64,000 nucleotides of DNA, from contig CAYFJW010000002.1 in NCBI GenBank assembly GCA_964343875.1, positions 6,797-70,796 of the forward strand, given 5' to 3'. The notes under the pieces were generated by a model, which had not been told where the DNA came from, searched no databases, and was given only the letters and a program-made list of their open reading frames with translations. Positions 19,734 to 28,775 of this stretch are shown piece by piece. Made by a program: the position numbers and the translations under genes. The DNA comes from Candidatus Woesearchaeota archaeon. Its GTDB lineage: Archaea; Nanobdellota; Nanobdellia; SCGC-AAA011-G17; UBA489. Numbering within the stretch: position 1 is the stretch's first letter; each line of letters opens with the position of its first letter.

Positions 19734-20062
19734 AGGAAGTAGCAATAGCATTCATCAACAACAAAACAAAGAAAAGCTTTGAAGTTCTAAAAGAAGGAAG
19801 ATCTGAAGATAAACAACTCCATCAATTAATCAATAAAGCCTTTGACAACTTAAAGCAAAACCCTCTTTCTGGAACCAAAATAAAAAAGAAACTCTGGCCA
19901 AAAGAATATATAAAAAAATACAAAATAAATAATCTCTGGAAATACAACCTTCCTAATGCCTGAAGAATTGTTTACACAATAGGGGCCAACGAAATAATGA
20001 TTGTTAATATAATCTTAGATTGGTTTCATCATAAAGATTACGAACGAAAGTTCAATTTTTAA
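19730..20062 (+). pseudogene. RelE/ParE-family toxin interrupted by in-frame TGA
   Basis: MKEVAIAF...LKQNPLSGTKIKKKLWPKEY...NLWKYNLPNA-TGA-RIVYTIGANEIMIVNIILDWFHHKDYERKF: the conserved RelE C-terminal core continues in the same frame after a TGA at the position usually held by an aromatic residue. Confidence 0.55.
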
Positions 20063-21167
20063 CATCCACACCAATAGCTTCACTTATATTGTTAAACCCA
20101 TCTCTTTCCAACAACTTAACCAGTCCAATATTAATATCGCTAATTAATTGAGGTCCTTCAAAGATCATACCAGTTATCAACTGAACTAAAGAAGCACCTA
20201 ATCTAATCTTAACATATGCATCTTCTGCACTACTAACACCGCCACACCCAATTATAACAAATTCACCCTTAGTCTTAGAATAGATATACTTAATCAACTC
20301 ATTACTTAAATCCTTCATAACACTCCCACTTATTCCACCTTTCTCGGGAACATCCCTATCAATTATATCCTTATTACCTCTTTTCTTAGTCAAATTAGTA
20401 CAAACAAAGCCATCAATTCTATACTTCCTAGCAACTTTAATTATCCCATCAACTTCCTTTTTACTCAAATCAGGAGATATCTTCAAAAAAACAGGCTTAC
20501 TCCTAGGAACACTATCCAACTTCTTAAACAATTTATCCAACTTCTTAGAATCAGTAAAGGGCTCACCGCCATAAGCATTTGGACAACTAATGTTAATCGT
20601 ATAATAATCTCCAATATTTCCAAAAGCCTTGTACGCCTTAAAGTAATCATTAATCCCTTCGATAGTTTTGACAGTCTCCTTACAATTAGTCTTTGCAATA
20701 CTAATCCCAACCGGGAACTTAAACTTCCTACCCCTTAACTTCTTAGACAACACCTCGCACCCATCATTCTTCAACCCATAATGAACAACCAAGCCCCTAG
20801 ACTTCTTCAATCTCCACAATCTTGGTTTGGGATTTCCTTCACAAGGTTCTCCAGTTATTGAACCAATTTCTTCAAAACCAAAACCAACTGAAGGCAAAAT
20901 ATTAAACAATTCAGCATTCTTATCGAATCCAGCAGCCAAACCAATTGGATTCTTAAATTCTATACCTAAAACCTTTTGATTCAACATCCTATTAGAATAA
21001 TTCAACTTCAAACTAGTCAATCCCCTTGTAATAAAACTACTTCCTAAGAACTTCCCCATCTTAACAGTTCTATCATGAACCTTTTCAGGATCCATTAGAA
21101 AGAAAATCTTCTTCAAAAAATTCCTATAACAAAATCCAATAATCTTATTCCTTATCTTAAACACCAT
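20052..21167 (-). CDS. pyrD: dihydroorotate dehydrogenase (type 2, quinone-dependent-like)
   Basis: NPIGLAAGFDKN, VGFGFEEIGSITGEP, GGVSSAEDAYVKIRLGASLVQL motifs. Confidence 0.85.
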   Translation of the reverse strand: MVFKIRNKIIGFCYRNFLKKIFFLMDPEKVHDRTVKMGKFLGSSFITRGLTSLKLNYSNRMLNQKVLGIEFKNPIGLAAGFDKNAELFNILPSVGFGFEEIGSITGEPCEGNPKPRLWRLKKSRGLVVHYGLKNDGCEVLSKKLRGRKFKFPVGISIAKTNCKETVKTIEGINDYFKAYKAFGNIGDYYTINISCPNAYGGEPFTDSKKLDKLFKKLDSVPRSKPVFLKISPDLSKKEVDGIIKVARKYRIDGFVCTNLTKKRGNKDIIDRDVPEKGGISGSVMKDLSNELIKYIYSKTKGEFVIIGCGGVSSAEDAYVKIRLGASLVQLITGMIFEGPQLISDINIGLVKLLERDGFNNISEAIGVDVKN

Positions 21168-21242
21168 ATCCTTTCATTTAAAACCCTAAGTTAAAAAGCT
21201 TACTCAAGAAAATTTATATATCTCAAAACCCCTACCAACACC

Positions 21243-21629
21243 ATGCAAAAACCCTACATCCCCAAGGAACACAGATTCCATTATTACTGCAATGAAGCAT
21301 TTCACTTCGTAAGAGACAGATTTATACCATTTGAAAGACTAAAAAACTCATTCAGATTCAATAAAACCCTTGCTTTTGGGCTAGGGGCGCTAGCAACTTT
21401 TGCAACACTTTCTGGAGTAGATGGAGTACTTGAATTACTAAACAGTCCGGTAACATTAGAGACAGTTGCATCTGAAGCAGCAACACTCGCAATAGGTGCA
21501 CCAATAGCGGCAGAAGTAGTAATGCATCAACAAATGAATGAAATGAGAGGAATATCTCCAAGGTATGCCATGGGCCTCTATGGTTTAGCCACGGGAATTG
21601 CAGCAAGATCTTTAGCAGAATTTATCTAA
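21243..21629 (+). CDS. hypothetical protein
   Basis: ORF only. Confidence 0.3.
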   Translation: MQKPYIPKEHRFHYYCNEAFHFVRDRFIPFERLKNSFRFNKTLAFGLGALATFATLSGVDGVLELLNSPVTLETVASEAATLAIGAPIAAEVVMHQQMNEMRGISPRYAMGLYGLATGIAARSLAEFI

Positions 21630-22192
21630 GGTAAGTACTCATATCTTAAAACAGCCTTATTTGTTCTAAGTTTATACCAAGCCAGCAAGGAAAGAACAGC
21701 CCCCACAGCCCCCACGAAGAAGGATAGCAAGGCAAGATTAAATATCTCTCCAATTACACTCACAGCTAAACTAGAAGATAGAATTAAACCAGTAGAAAAA
21801 GGTATGCTCGCAGCACTAAAGCCTGTACCAAGGATAATATCTAACTGCACACTTCTGATTTTCAACTTAAAAATAACAAAAACTAACTCAAAAACAATTC
21901 CTGCAATCAACAGCATCCATATTTTATTTATTTGTGTAATGCCTAGATCATTTACCCCAAACATCAAAAAACCACCAATCACATAAAACAATGTAGCGGA
22001 ACCAGCCTTTCTAACCAGGTGAACTGTAAAAGACACCAAAAAAGTAGCAATCAATAAAGAAACAATATAGGCTGATTGAGGAGTAAAAACAACATTAAGA
22101 ATATATCCAATAATGGCCCAGATTGCAGCGATAAATATTATTATTCCTATATCCAACATCCTAAACTTCTTAAAACTCTCAATTGCAATCAT
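21626..22192 (-). CDS. polytopic membrane protein, unknown function
   Basis: 5-6 predicted TM helices; no family motif. Confidence 0.45.
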   Translation of the reverse strand: MIAIESFKKFRMLDIGIIIFIAAIWAIIGYILNVVFTPQSAYIVSLLIATFLVSFTVHLVRKAGSATLFYVIGGFLMFGVNDLGITQINKIWMLLIAGIVFELVFVIFKLKIRSVQLDIILGTGFSAASIPFSTGLILSSSLAVSVIGEIFNLALLSFFVGAVGAVLSLLAWYKLRTNKAVLRYEYLP

Positions 22193-23235
22193 CTCTTAAA
22201 CTCCAATATCTTTCTTTTCTCAACTTTATCTTTTATCTCTTCACCATTAACAATTGCCTTAAGAACCGGCAACTTATGTTTAATTTCATTAATCCTTCGC
22301 CTATATCTCTTTTCCTTAATCTTGTAAGTAGACTCACTTATTTTTTTATCTTTAAAACAATCTGATTGAGCCTTCTTCATTAATTTATTCAGAGTTTCTA
22401 GCTCAAGGTTCATTTTATTTATTTGGTTCTTAGAACTTTCAATTCTCCACATTTTAGCCAAAGGTCTATAAAGTAGACTCAAAATAAGAATAACAAGTAA
22501 TATCTTCCACCAATGTTTTTCTAAGAAACTCTTACTTAAATTCGCTAATCCACCTACACGCCTAACCTCTGCCCTAATTGAACCTAACTCAATTTCGGCT
22601 AATTCTATTTCACTAACAGCTTCAGAATATCTTTCCTCTTCTACCGCAAGCCTAACCATCTCTATTGCATCATCCACGCTACTAACGTCCACATCCTTTA
22701 ACAGGGCTTTTTCTTCCTCTAAAATAACCACATAGTCTAGAATATCATAAGCCTGCCCACGTATGAATGAGATTTCCTGGGTTAACCTAATAGTTTCTGA
22801 TAGATTCATTCTTTCAATTTCATAAGGAGGAGTATTCCTTGCAACATCCAAAAGACCTTCCAAATATTCTTTATCTCTCTGACCTTTAGCCCTTTCAACA
22901 AAATCATTAAACAACGTCATGTTATGTCCAATAAAATATCTCTTGGCAATTAATAATTTATCATTAACCAAATTGATAGACAAGCCAGAACTTTTCATAT
23001 CTTCAATTTCTTTTTCAGAATTTATTAGGGCAGATAAAACAACCTCTTCATCTAAAAAATCCGGCTCAATATAGGTAAAGTTATCTGACAAAGACCCATA
23101 CTGTTTAAAAGACCCACTATGAGCTGAAGATTTATCTCCTAAAAAAGAACCACCACTATTAAAGAAAAGAGCAACAACTAAAATAAAGATTAATATGCCG
23201 GCGGAATAAATAAACTTTTTATTTTTCATCTTCAT
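22189..23235 (-). CDS. membrane-anchored coiled-coil protein
   Basis: N-terminal TM FIYSAGILIFILVVALFF, second TM near C-terminus, coiled-coil rich. Confidence 0.45.
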   Translation of the reverse strand: MKMKNKKFIYSAGILIFILVVALFFNSGGSFLGDKSSAHSGSFKQYGSLSDNFTYIEPDFLDEEVVLSALINSEKEIEDMKSSGLSINLVNDKLLIAKRYFIGHNMTLFNDFVERAKGQRDKEYLEGLLDVARNTPPYEIERMNLSETIRLTQEISFIRGQAYDILDYVVILEEEKALLKDVDVSSVDDAIEMVRLAVEEERYSEAVSEIELAEIELGSIRAEVRRVGGLANLSKSFLEKHWWKILLVILILSLLYRPLAKMWRIESSKNQINKMNLELETLNKLMKKAQSDCFKDKKISESTYKIKEKRYRRRINEIKHKLPVLKAIVNGEEIKDKVEKRKILEFKR

Positions 23236-23956
23236 TATCCAAATCTAATCCATGCTCCTCCTTCAACATTTTATAAACATCTTCCCTCTTTTTCTTAATC
23301 TTTTCATCCTGGAGTAAATATTTTTCCTTTCCTCTCCTTCCCACAGGTTTGTTTTTTATGGGCGTCTTTTGATCTTCCTTTTTCTTAGGTATTATGGCTT
23401 TTGCCCGCCCAGCACCATCTTTCTTAATTCCTGTTGGAGTTTTCTTTATTGGTTCCCTTACAACAGAGCTCTCCCTCCTCCAAGGTCTCTCAAATGGTTT
23501 GTCCTTTGTTTTCCCCTTATACTCATCATTCCTCTTTTCTTCCTTTCCTTTTTTAACAACCAGTTCTTTTTTAGATTCCTTCCATTTCTCTTTATCAAGA
23601 TCTTTTATTTTGAACCTCTCTATCAGCCTTCTGAAGATGTTTCCAATAATTATTGAAACTTCATTGACCTTATTTAAGAATTTATACTTCTTACCAACTT
23701 TTTCAACCTCAAGTTTTTCAGTTAGAAGTTCAATTTGTTCTTCTATTTCAGATATATGTTCTTTATCTTTTTCATATTTGTCAGTAAACTGTGCCTTAGT
23801 TATAACTCCCTTTTCTAAATATTCAGTTTGCAGACCCTTCATCATATCCACAACTTCCTCCTCCTCCTTTTTTAAATTATCAATCTCCTGTTCAGTCTTA
23901 ATCAATCCAACTTTTTTATTTCTTAGTTTGGATTTAATCTGCTGTATTTTGTTCAA
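23219..23956 (-). CDS. Lys/Glu-rich coiled-coil protein
   Basis: Highly charged low-complexity; the ORF-track start is TTG, true start possibly at an internal ATG. Confidence 0.35.
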   Translation of the reverse strand: MNKIQQIKSKLRNKKVGLIKTEQEIDNLKKEEEEVVDMMKGLQTEYLEKGVITKAQFTDKYEKDKEHISEIEEQIELLTEKLEVEKVGKKYKFLNKVNEVSIIIGNIFRRLIERFKIKDLDKEKWKESKKELVVKKGKEEKRNDEYKGKTKDKPFERPWRRESSVVREPIKKTPTGIKKDGAGRAKAIIPKKKEDQKTPIKNKPVGRRGKEKYLLQDEKIKKKREDVYKMLKEEHGLDLDNEDEK

Positions 23957-23989
23957 CCTTGATTCATATTGTCCTAAAGAACTGTGATA

Positions 23990-24529
23990 CTATGCAGAAG
24001 AGATTGTGCCTTCCTTCAGATGTTTATACTGTACATCTTTAATTAACGAGTTCAATGAAACCTCCTCTTTAGATAGATCCCTCATCCGCTGATTAATGAT
24101 TGCTACTATAAATTGCTTATACAACAAGAATGAAGCTATACTAAGTAAGATCAAACTAGTTATTATTGCCCACCAGTACTCACCGAGGAACCAAAGAATG
24201 TTTATTTTTCCCTTAGTTTCTAGAATGTAAATAAGTTGAGCTTCCTTTGCCCTTTCCAATGATTCCTTAAAATCTTCCCTCTCAAATGCCTTAACAGCCA
24301 GATTTAATGCAATTTCTGTATCTTCAACAAATAGCCGTTTTTCTTTTGCGCCAGATATCCAATTATTAGTCTCCTCAATTAAGCGATTAGCTTCAAAAGC
24401 CATCTCCCCCTCATCAATGACCTGCTCAGCAAGAGTCCACGCCACTCCGAAATCTTCTGATTCAAAGGCATTTTCTGCCTCGGATATCCAAGCCTGAAGC
24501 TTGGTAACAGGGAATTCAGCAACCTTCAT
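23990..24529 (-). CDS. C-terminal TM-anchor module, probably the C-terminus of the giant surface protein
   Basis: Single TM WWAIITSLILLSIASFLLY plus cytoplasmic tail; its frame is open upstream and joins segment 3 if the A7 run at 24562-24568 is read as A6. Confidence 0.45.
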   Translation of the reverse strand: MKVAEFPVTKLQAWISEAENAFESEDFGVAWTLAEQVIDEGEMAFEANRLIEETNNWISGAKEKRLFVEDTEIALNLAVKAFEREDFKESLERAKEAQLIYILETKGKINILWFLGEYWWAIITSLILLSIASFLLYKQFIVAIINQRMRDLSKEEVSLNSLIKDVQYKHLKEGTISSA

Positions 24530-24545
24530 TTCCCTAATAATCTCC

Positions 24546-26342
24546 TTAGCCTCGTCTATCTTTTTTTGTGCATCTTCCGGAGATAGATATTTTGATTACC
24601 TTAAATAGAAAAGTCCTAAACTCAGTTAATGGCCTATAATCAAATCCTGCCAACCTTGTATTAAATGGAATAATTTTTGCCTTAATTGCTACAGTTAGGT
24701 TATAGTCCTCTTCACTTATATAAGAAGGAGCAAAAATATTAAGCATATATTGCCTTTCTTCTCTGTACTGCACCTTGTCATGTGAGGGATTGCCTAATTT
24801 ATAAACATTAAAGTCTGCTTCACCATTATACACATCCTTGAACTCTACAGCAACATCATTCTTCCCATCCAAATCTAAATCAACCTCTTGTGTTTCACCA
24901 ATACCAACTGTAACCACAACCGGCTCAGAATAAAAGGTAAATGTTGCTTGATTTAAATTTACATCCACAACTTCAACAGTGTGAGCTCCCAAATTTTTCA
25001 AGGCCAAGGTTGTCTGTCCATCGGTAGGACCCTTCTTTAAATTAACAGAGTCAACATAAACTTTATCCTGATATGCCTTAACTTCTTGAACAGTTACATA
25101 TTGAGACATAAATCCCTGAACTTCTAATTCAATATCCGTAAAGTAAGAATGTTCATAGAAGTTGCTCACAACAACCGGAATTTCAGCATCACTTCCCCTA
25201 ACAACAGTATAAACTTCAGTAGTTCTTATTGTTTCTCCCGTTCCAACCCTATCTACAGTACCTCCGCCTCCGCCTGCGCCGCCCCCACTAGAAGGACTAC
25301 TACTCCCGCTTCCAGAACCACCCCCGCTCCCAGAGCCTAAATTAGCCTGCCCATTTACATCTATACTATAACTATTTGCGAAGAAGAGACCCAAATCCTG
25401 GAGATCATCTCCCGTGTTATTGACACCGGTACCATTTATCAAAACATCTTGGCTTCCCGTTGAAGCACTAGATGGAACATCTACCTGGATAACGTTCTCA
25501 ACCTCTTCCCCAGATAACAACTCAGAATATGTAATGTTTGAACTTCCAAAGGTTACAACCCAGTCGCTTGGAAGATCATAATAAAAAGTTCCATTATATG
25601 CATCACCTTCACCTATGTTTTCTAACTTAGCAACCATTTCAACGCCGCTAGCCCCAACAGTTATATTGGAAGGAATAGTAGTGATCGTAGCAACAAGAAC
25701 AGGCTGACCAGCTGCAACTACTAAGTTAACCGTAGTGTTTCTCTGATCTGGAGAGGTATCATTAGTACTATTGATCATAACCGTGAATGCAGTGGTACCT
25801 GCACTATCTGTTGAAGCATTCACATTCAAGGTATAATTCTCACCAGATGGAACATTTGCATTCAGTGTGTCATTATCAAAATATGTCGTACTAAGAGTTG
25901 AAGTTATTGTAAAATTAAGGTTATAGTCTCCAGTATTTTGAATTGTTATATTCCCCACAGAAACGTTTTCACTTAAATTTGCAAACACTGCAGAATAGGA
26001 ACTTGGTGTCCTTGTCCAAGTTTTGTCTGTAGCGATCACAAGAGTTGTATTTGCACTAAAATCTGAATTTCCAGAACTATCATTTGCCCAAAGCCTAAGT
26101 GTATAGGTTGTGTTCCCTACAGCAGTGAAGGAGGCATTATAAATTGCGCTAGAGTTAACCACCATAGTTGTATTTGTAAAATTAGAATCCGTTGTGTTCA
26201 TATATTGCAGTATAACTGTATCAACCCCAGTTAGACTATCTGTTACATTTGCAGTAACGTTAATCACAGTTCCAGGATCTAAATCATCCACAGTACTTGG
26301 ATCAGTATCAAGATATACAAACACAACATCTGTAAGATCCAC
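24546..26342 (-). CDS. surface protein segment 3 (N-glycosylation-sequon-rich, Gly/Ser linker)
   Basis: Dozens of N-x-S/T sequons, GSGSGGGSGSGSSSPSSGGGAGGGGG linker; same frame as segment 2, separated only by a TGA. Confidence 0.55.
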   Translation of the reverse strand: MDLTDVVFVYLDTDPSTVDDLDPGTVINVTANVTDSLTGVDTVILQYMNTTDSNFTNTTMVVNSSAIYNASFTAVGNTTYTLRLWANDSSGNSDFSANTTLVIATDKTWTRTPSSYSAVFANLSENVSVGNITIQNTGDYNLNFTITSTLSTTYFDNDTLNANVPSGENYTLNVNASTDSAGTTAFTVMINSTNDTSPDQRNTTVNLVVAAGQPVLVATITTIPSNITVGASGVEMVAKLENIGEGDAYNGTFYYDLPSDWVVTFGSSNITYSELLSGEEVENVIQVDVPSSASTGSQDVLINGTGVNNTGDDLQDLGLFFANSYSIDVNGQANLGSGSGGGSGSGSSSPSSGGGAGGGGGTVDRVGTGETIRTTEVYTVVRGSDAEIPVVVSNFYEHSYFTDIELEVQGFMSQYVTVQEVKAYQDKVYVDSVNLKKGPTDGQTTLALKNLGAHTVEVVDVNLNQATFTFYSEPVVVTVGIGETQEVDLDLDGKNDVAVEFKDVYNGEADFNVYKLGNPSHDKVQYREERQYMLNIFAPSYISEEDYNLTVAIKAKIIPFNTRLAGFDYRPLTEFRTFLFKVIKISISGRCTKKDRRG

Positions 26343-26498
26343 CTTAAAATTCTTATTAGAACTAGTATTTGTGTTAGGATTATCGTCATTACATTGTACT
26401 CCCCAAGTATGGGCACCTTCAGATATCCCAGCTTTTGTAAAAGTAGTGTAGGTTGCATTGCTAACTGCCCCATTGGTTTGATCTATGATATCATCTAT

Positions 26499-28655
26499 TC
26501 ATAAAGAACAATTAATACTTGTATCAAAATTATCCTCAACACTAAAGTTAAAATCTACAGATGCAGAACTGCTATTTAATTCATCAGCAGTATGTAAGAA
26601 CCATTTAGGAAATGTTACATCACTCACAGTAAAGTTAGTGCTATCGTTCTTTTCATTACTGCTTGTATCATTTGCTCCCCAACTAACGTTGTACAACCCT
26701 GTTTTTTGAGCAGTGTCAGTGAATGTAAATGAATAATTGGAACTCACATTAGTAACTGTTTGAATAAGAACTGTTCCATTAGGCATAGTTACATTTGCAG
26801 TAACAGTATGGACGCCAATATCATCGGCCACATTAGAACTACAAAGAATAGATTGGGTTAAATTAGCACTAGACGGGCTACATAGCATACTGGTGATGGT
26901 TAAAGTGTTGACCGTACTAACGGTGAAATTACTGACCCCTGTATTATTTACATTATTAGACGTATCATTAGCAAATATGGTAATATTATAACTCCCCGTA
27001 AGGGCTGGAGATATAAAGGATGCATTATACTTATCTCCCGAAGTAGAACCCAAAACTAGTTCATTTATTGTTCCATTAGGATAAGATAAATTAGCAATCA
27101 CCACATCCACACTTAAATCATCCGTAACATTTGCAGCTATTTCTATGGCGTCACTCACATTAAAGTCCGTGTTTATTACTGGAACTATATTGGTCACATT
27201 AGGGGTAACAACATCATTTATGGTAAAGTTACTTGTCTCTGAGTTGTTAACATTGTTCCCGGTGTCATTTGCAAAGAAAGTAATATTATAATTTCCTATC
27301 AAATAAGGCAATATAAAAGATGTATTATACTTATCTCCCGAAGTAGAACCCAAAACTAGTTCATTTATTGTTCCATTAGGATAAGATAAATTAGCAATCA
27401 CCACATCCACAGCACTATCGTCTGTAACATTTACAGTTACTTCTGTAGTATTACTAATATTGAATACTGTGTTTATGGATGGGGAAAAATTGCTCACTGC
27501 CGGGTTGTTTGAATCAACTACCGAAAACGTCGTAGTTTCAGAGCTGTTAATGTTTTTATGAGTGCTGGTATCATTTGCAATTATAGTAACCGTGTACAAT
27601 CCAAGTGATCCCGTTTGACTATAGGAGAGATTATAATTATCATCTCCATTTTCATCGGTCAAGACTATTTGTTCAATAGTGCTATTTGGCAATGTTATAT
27701 TGGCAAGAACAGAACCAACTGCAATATTATCAACAACGGTTGCGTTTATACTTATTATTTCAGATGTAGAGAATGAACTCCCATTTACACCAACAGATGT
27801 TACATTTGGAACAGGGTCATACCTAAACCAATCAAACATTACACCTTCTTGAGCTCCATTGGTAACTTCAGTAGTACTCTCAAGAAGAGAAACCGACGGA
27901 GTAATAATTTCTGTTCCATTCCAATAAATTGTTGTAACATCTTCAGCAATATCCATAGCAACAATCATAACTTCTTGTGTGGTCGGATGTTCAGTAAACC
28001 TCAAACTCTTAATATCGTTTGTAGCAAAATTGCTAGTTGTAGATGTACTTGTCAAATCAGAGGTACTCCATGTATTTGCCTTTGAGAACTCAACCCAATC
28101 CATGGATAATGCATCCCGATCCACAAAACCGAAGATAGCATTAGTTGAATTTACCCATGCACAATCTGAGTTTGCATTATTTGCTCCATTATTCTCGGTT
28201 CCACCATCTTGACTCGGTGCCCCAGCTAATATTGACGATCCATCCCATACCCTAACATTAATATCTCTACCAGAATCGTGCACAATTATTCCAATATAGT
28301 CCGAAGTTGGCTCAGAACACATTCTAACGGTATCTAGATTATGGGCCCCCATTGTAATAGTATTTTCTGTACTTCCAAAGCCACCAACAGGATCATATGT
28401 TCTATACACAAAGTCAGTCCCTTCACTATAGGCTACAAGCCCTTGTCCACTAGACTCCTCCCATGCAAACGCAAAATGCTCTTCTGTAATTGATGTAGTC
28501 CCAGCAGACAGTTCAATATCCAATGAAGGAAGAAAGTCAGTCCCATTCCAAGGAATTGCATACAAATCATTTAAATTATTATGAACAAGCAACATAATGT
28601 CATCCGATCCAATATTCTCAACTAATGAAATCCAATGAACCTCTCCACTAGCCAA
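26499..28655 (-). CDS. surface protein segment 2 with tandem duplicated domain
   Basis: Sequon-rich; internal ~105-aa tandem repeat (VDVVIANLSYPNGTINELVLGSTSGDKYN...); same frame as segments 1 and 3. Confidence 0.55.
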   Translation of the reverse strand: MASGEVHWISLVENIGSDDIMLLVHNNLNDLYAIPWNGTDFLPSLDIELSAGTTSITEEHFAFAWEESSGQGLVAYSEGTDFVYRTYDPVGGFGSTENTITMGAHNLDTVRMCSEPTSDYIGIIVHDSGRDINVRVWDGSSILAGAPSQDGGTENNGANNANSDCAWVNSTNAIFGFVDRDALSMDWVEFSKANTWSTSDLTSTSTTSNFATNDIKSLRFTEHPTTQEVMIVAMDIAEDVTTIYWNGTEIITPSVSLLESTTEVTNGAQEGVMFDWFRYDPVPNVTSVGVNGSSFSTSEIISINATVVDNIAVGSVLANITLPNSTIEQIVLTDENGDDNYNLSYSQTGSLGLYTVTIIANDTSTHKNINSSETTTFSVVDSNNPAVSNFSPSINTVFNISNTTEVTVNVTDDSAVDVVIANLSYPNGTINELVLGSTSGDKYNTSFILPYLIGNYNITFFANDTGNNVNNSETSNFTINDVVTPNVTNIVPVINTDFNVSDAIEIAANVTDDLSVDVVIANLSYPNGTINELVLGSTSGDKYNASFISPALTGSYNITIFANDTSNNVNNTGVSNFTVSTVNTLTITSMLCSPSSANLTQSILCSSNVADDIGVHTVTANVTMPNGTVLIQTVTNVSSNYSFTFTDTAQKTGLYNVSWGANDTSSNEKNDSTNFTVSDVTFPKWFLHTADELNSSSASVDFNFSVEDNFDTSINCSL
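27003..27420. repeat. near-identical ~100-bp direct repeat pair inside the surface protein gene (tandem domain duplication)
   Basis: 27003-27120 and 27303-27420 share ...ttatacttatctcccgaagtagaacccaaaactagttcatttattgttccattaggataagataaattagcaatcaccacatccaca... almost base for base. Confidence 0.7.
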
Positions 28656-28775
28656 TAAAGTTGTTAGATTAGTCTCAGCACTATAGCTAGTGCCATCCCA
28701 CGTTCTATAGCCAATTATACTATCAGCAGCATCACTATTTTCATAAACAATTAATGCATCTCCAGAAAGATCTTC

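Noticed and set aside
21626-22192. Prepilin peptidase (PibD/FlaK/EppA) for the pilus locus
   Set aside because: This polytopic membrane protein lacks the two conserved Asp-containing motifs of A24 peptidases in recognisable context. It is left as an unknown membrane protein.
23956-23990. ORF 23219-23956 as a further in-frame continuation of the surface protein
   Set aside because: It is in frame with the anchor ORF across a TAG, but only 11 codons bridge the gap. The downstream protein is a cytoplasmic-type K/E-rich coiled coil with a plausible internal ATG start. The evidence is insufficient.
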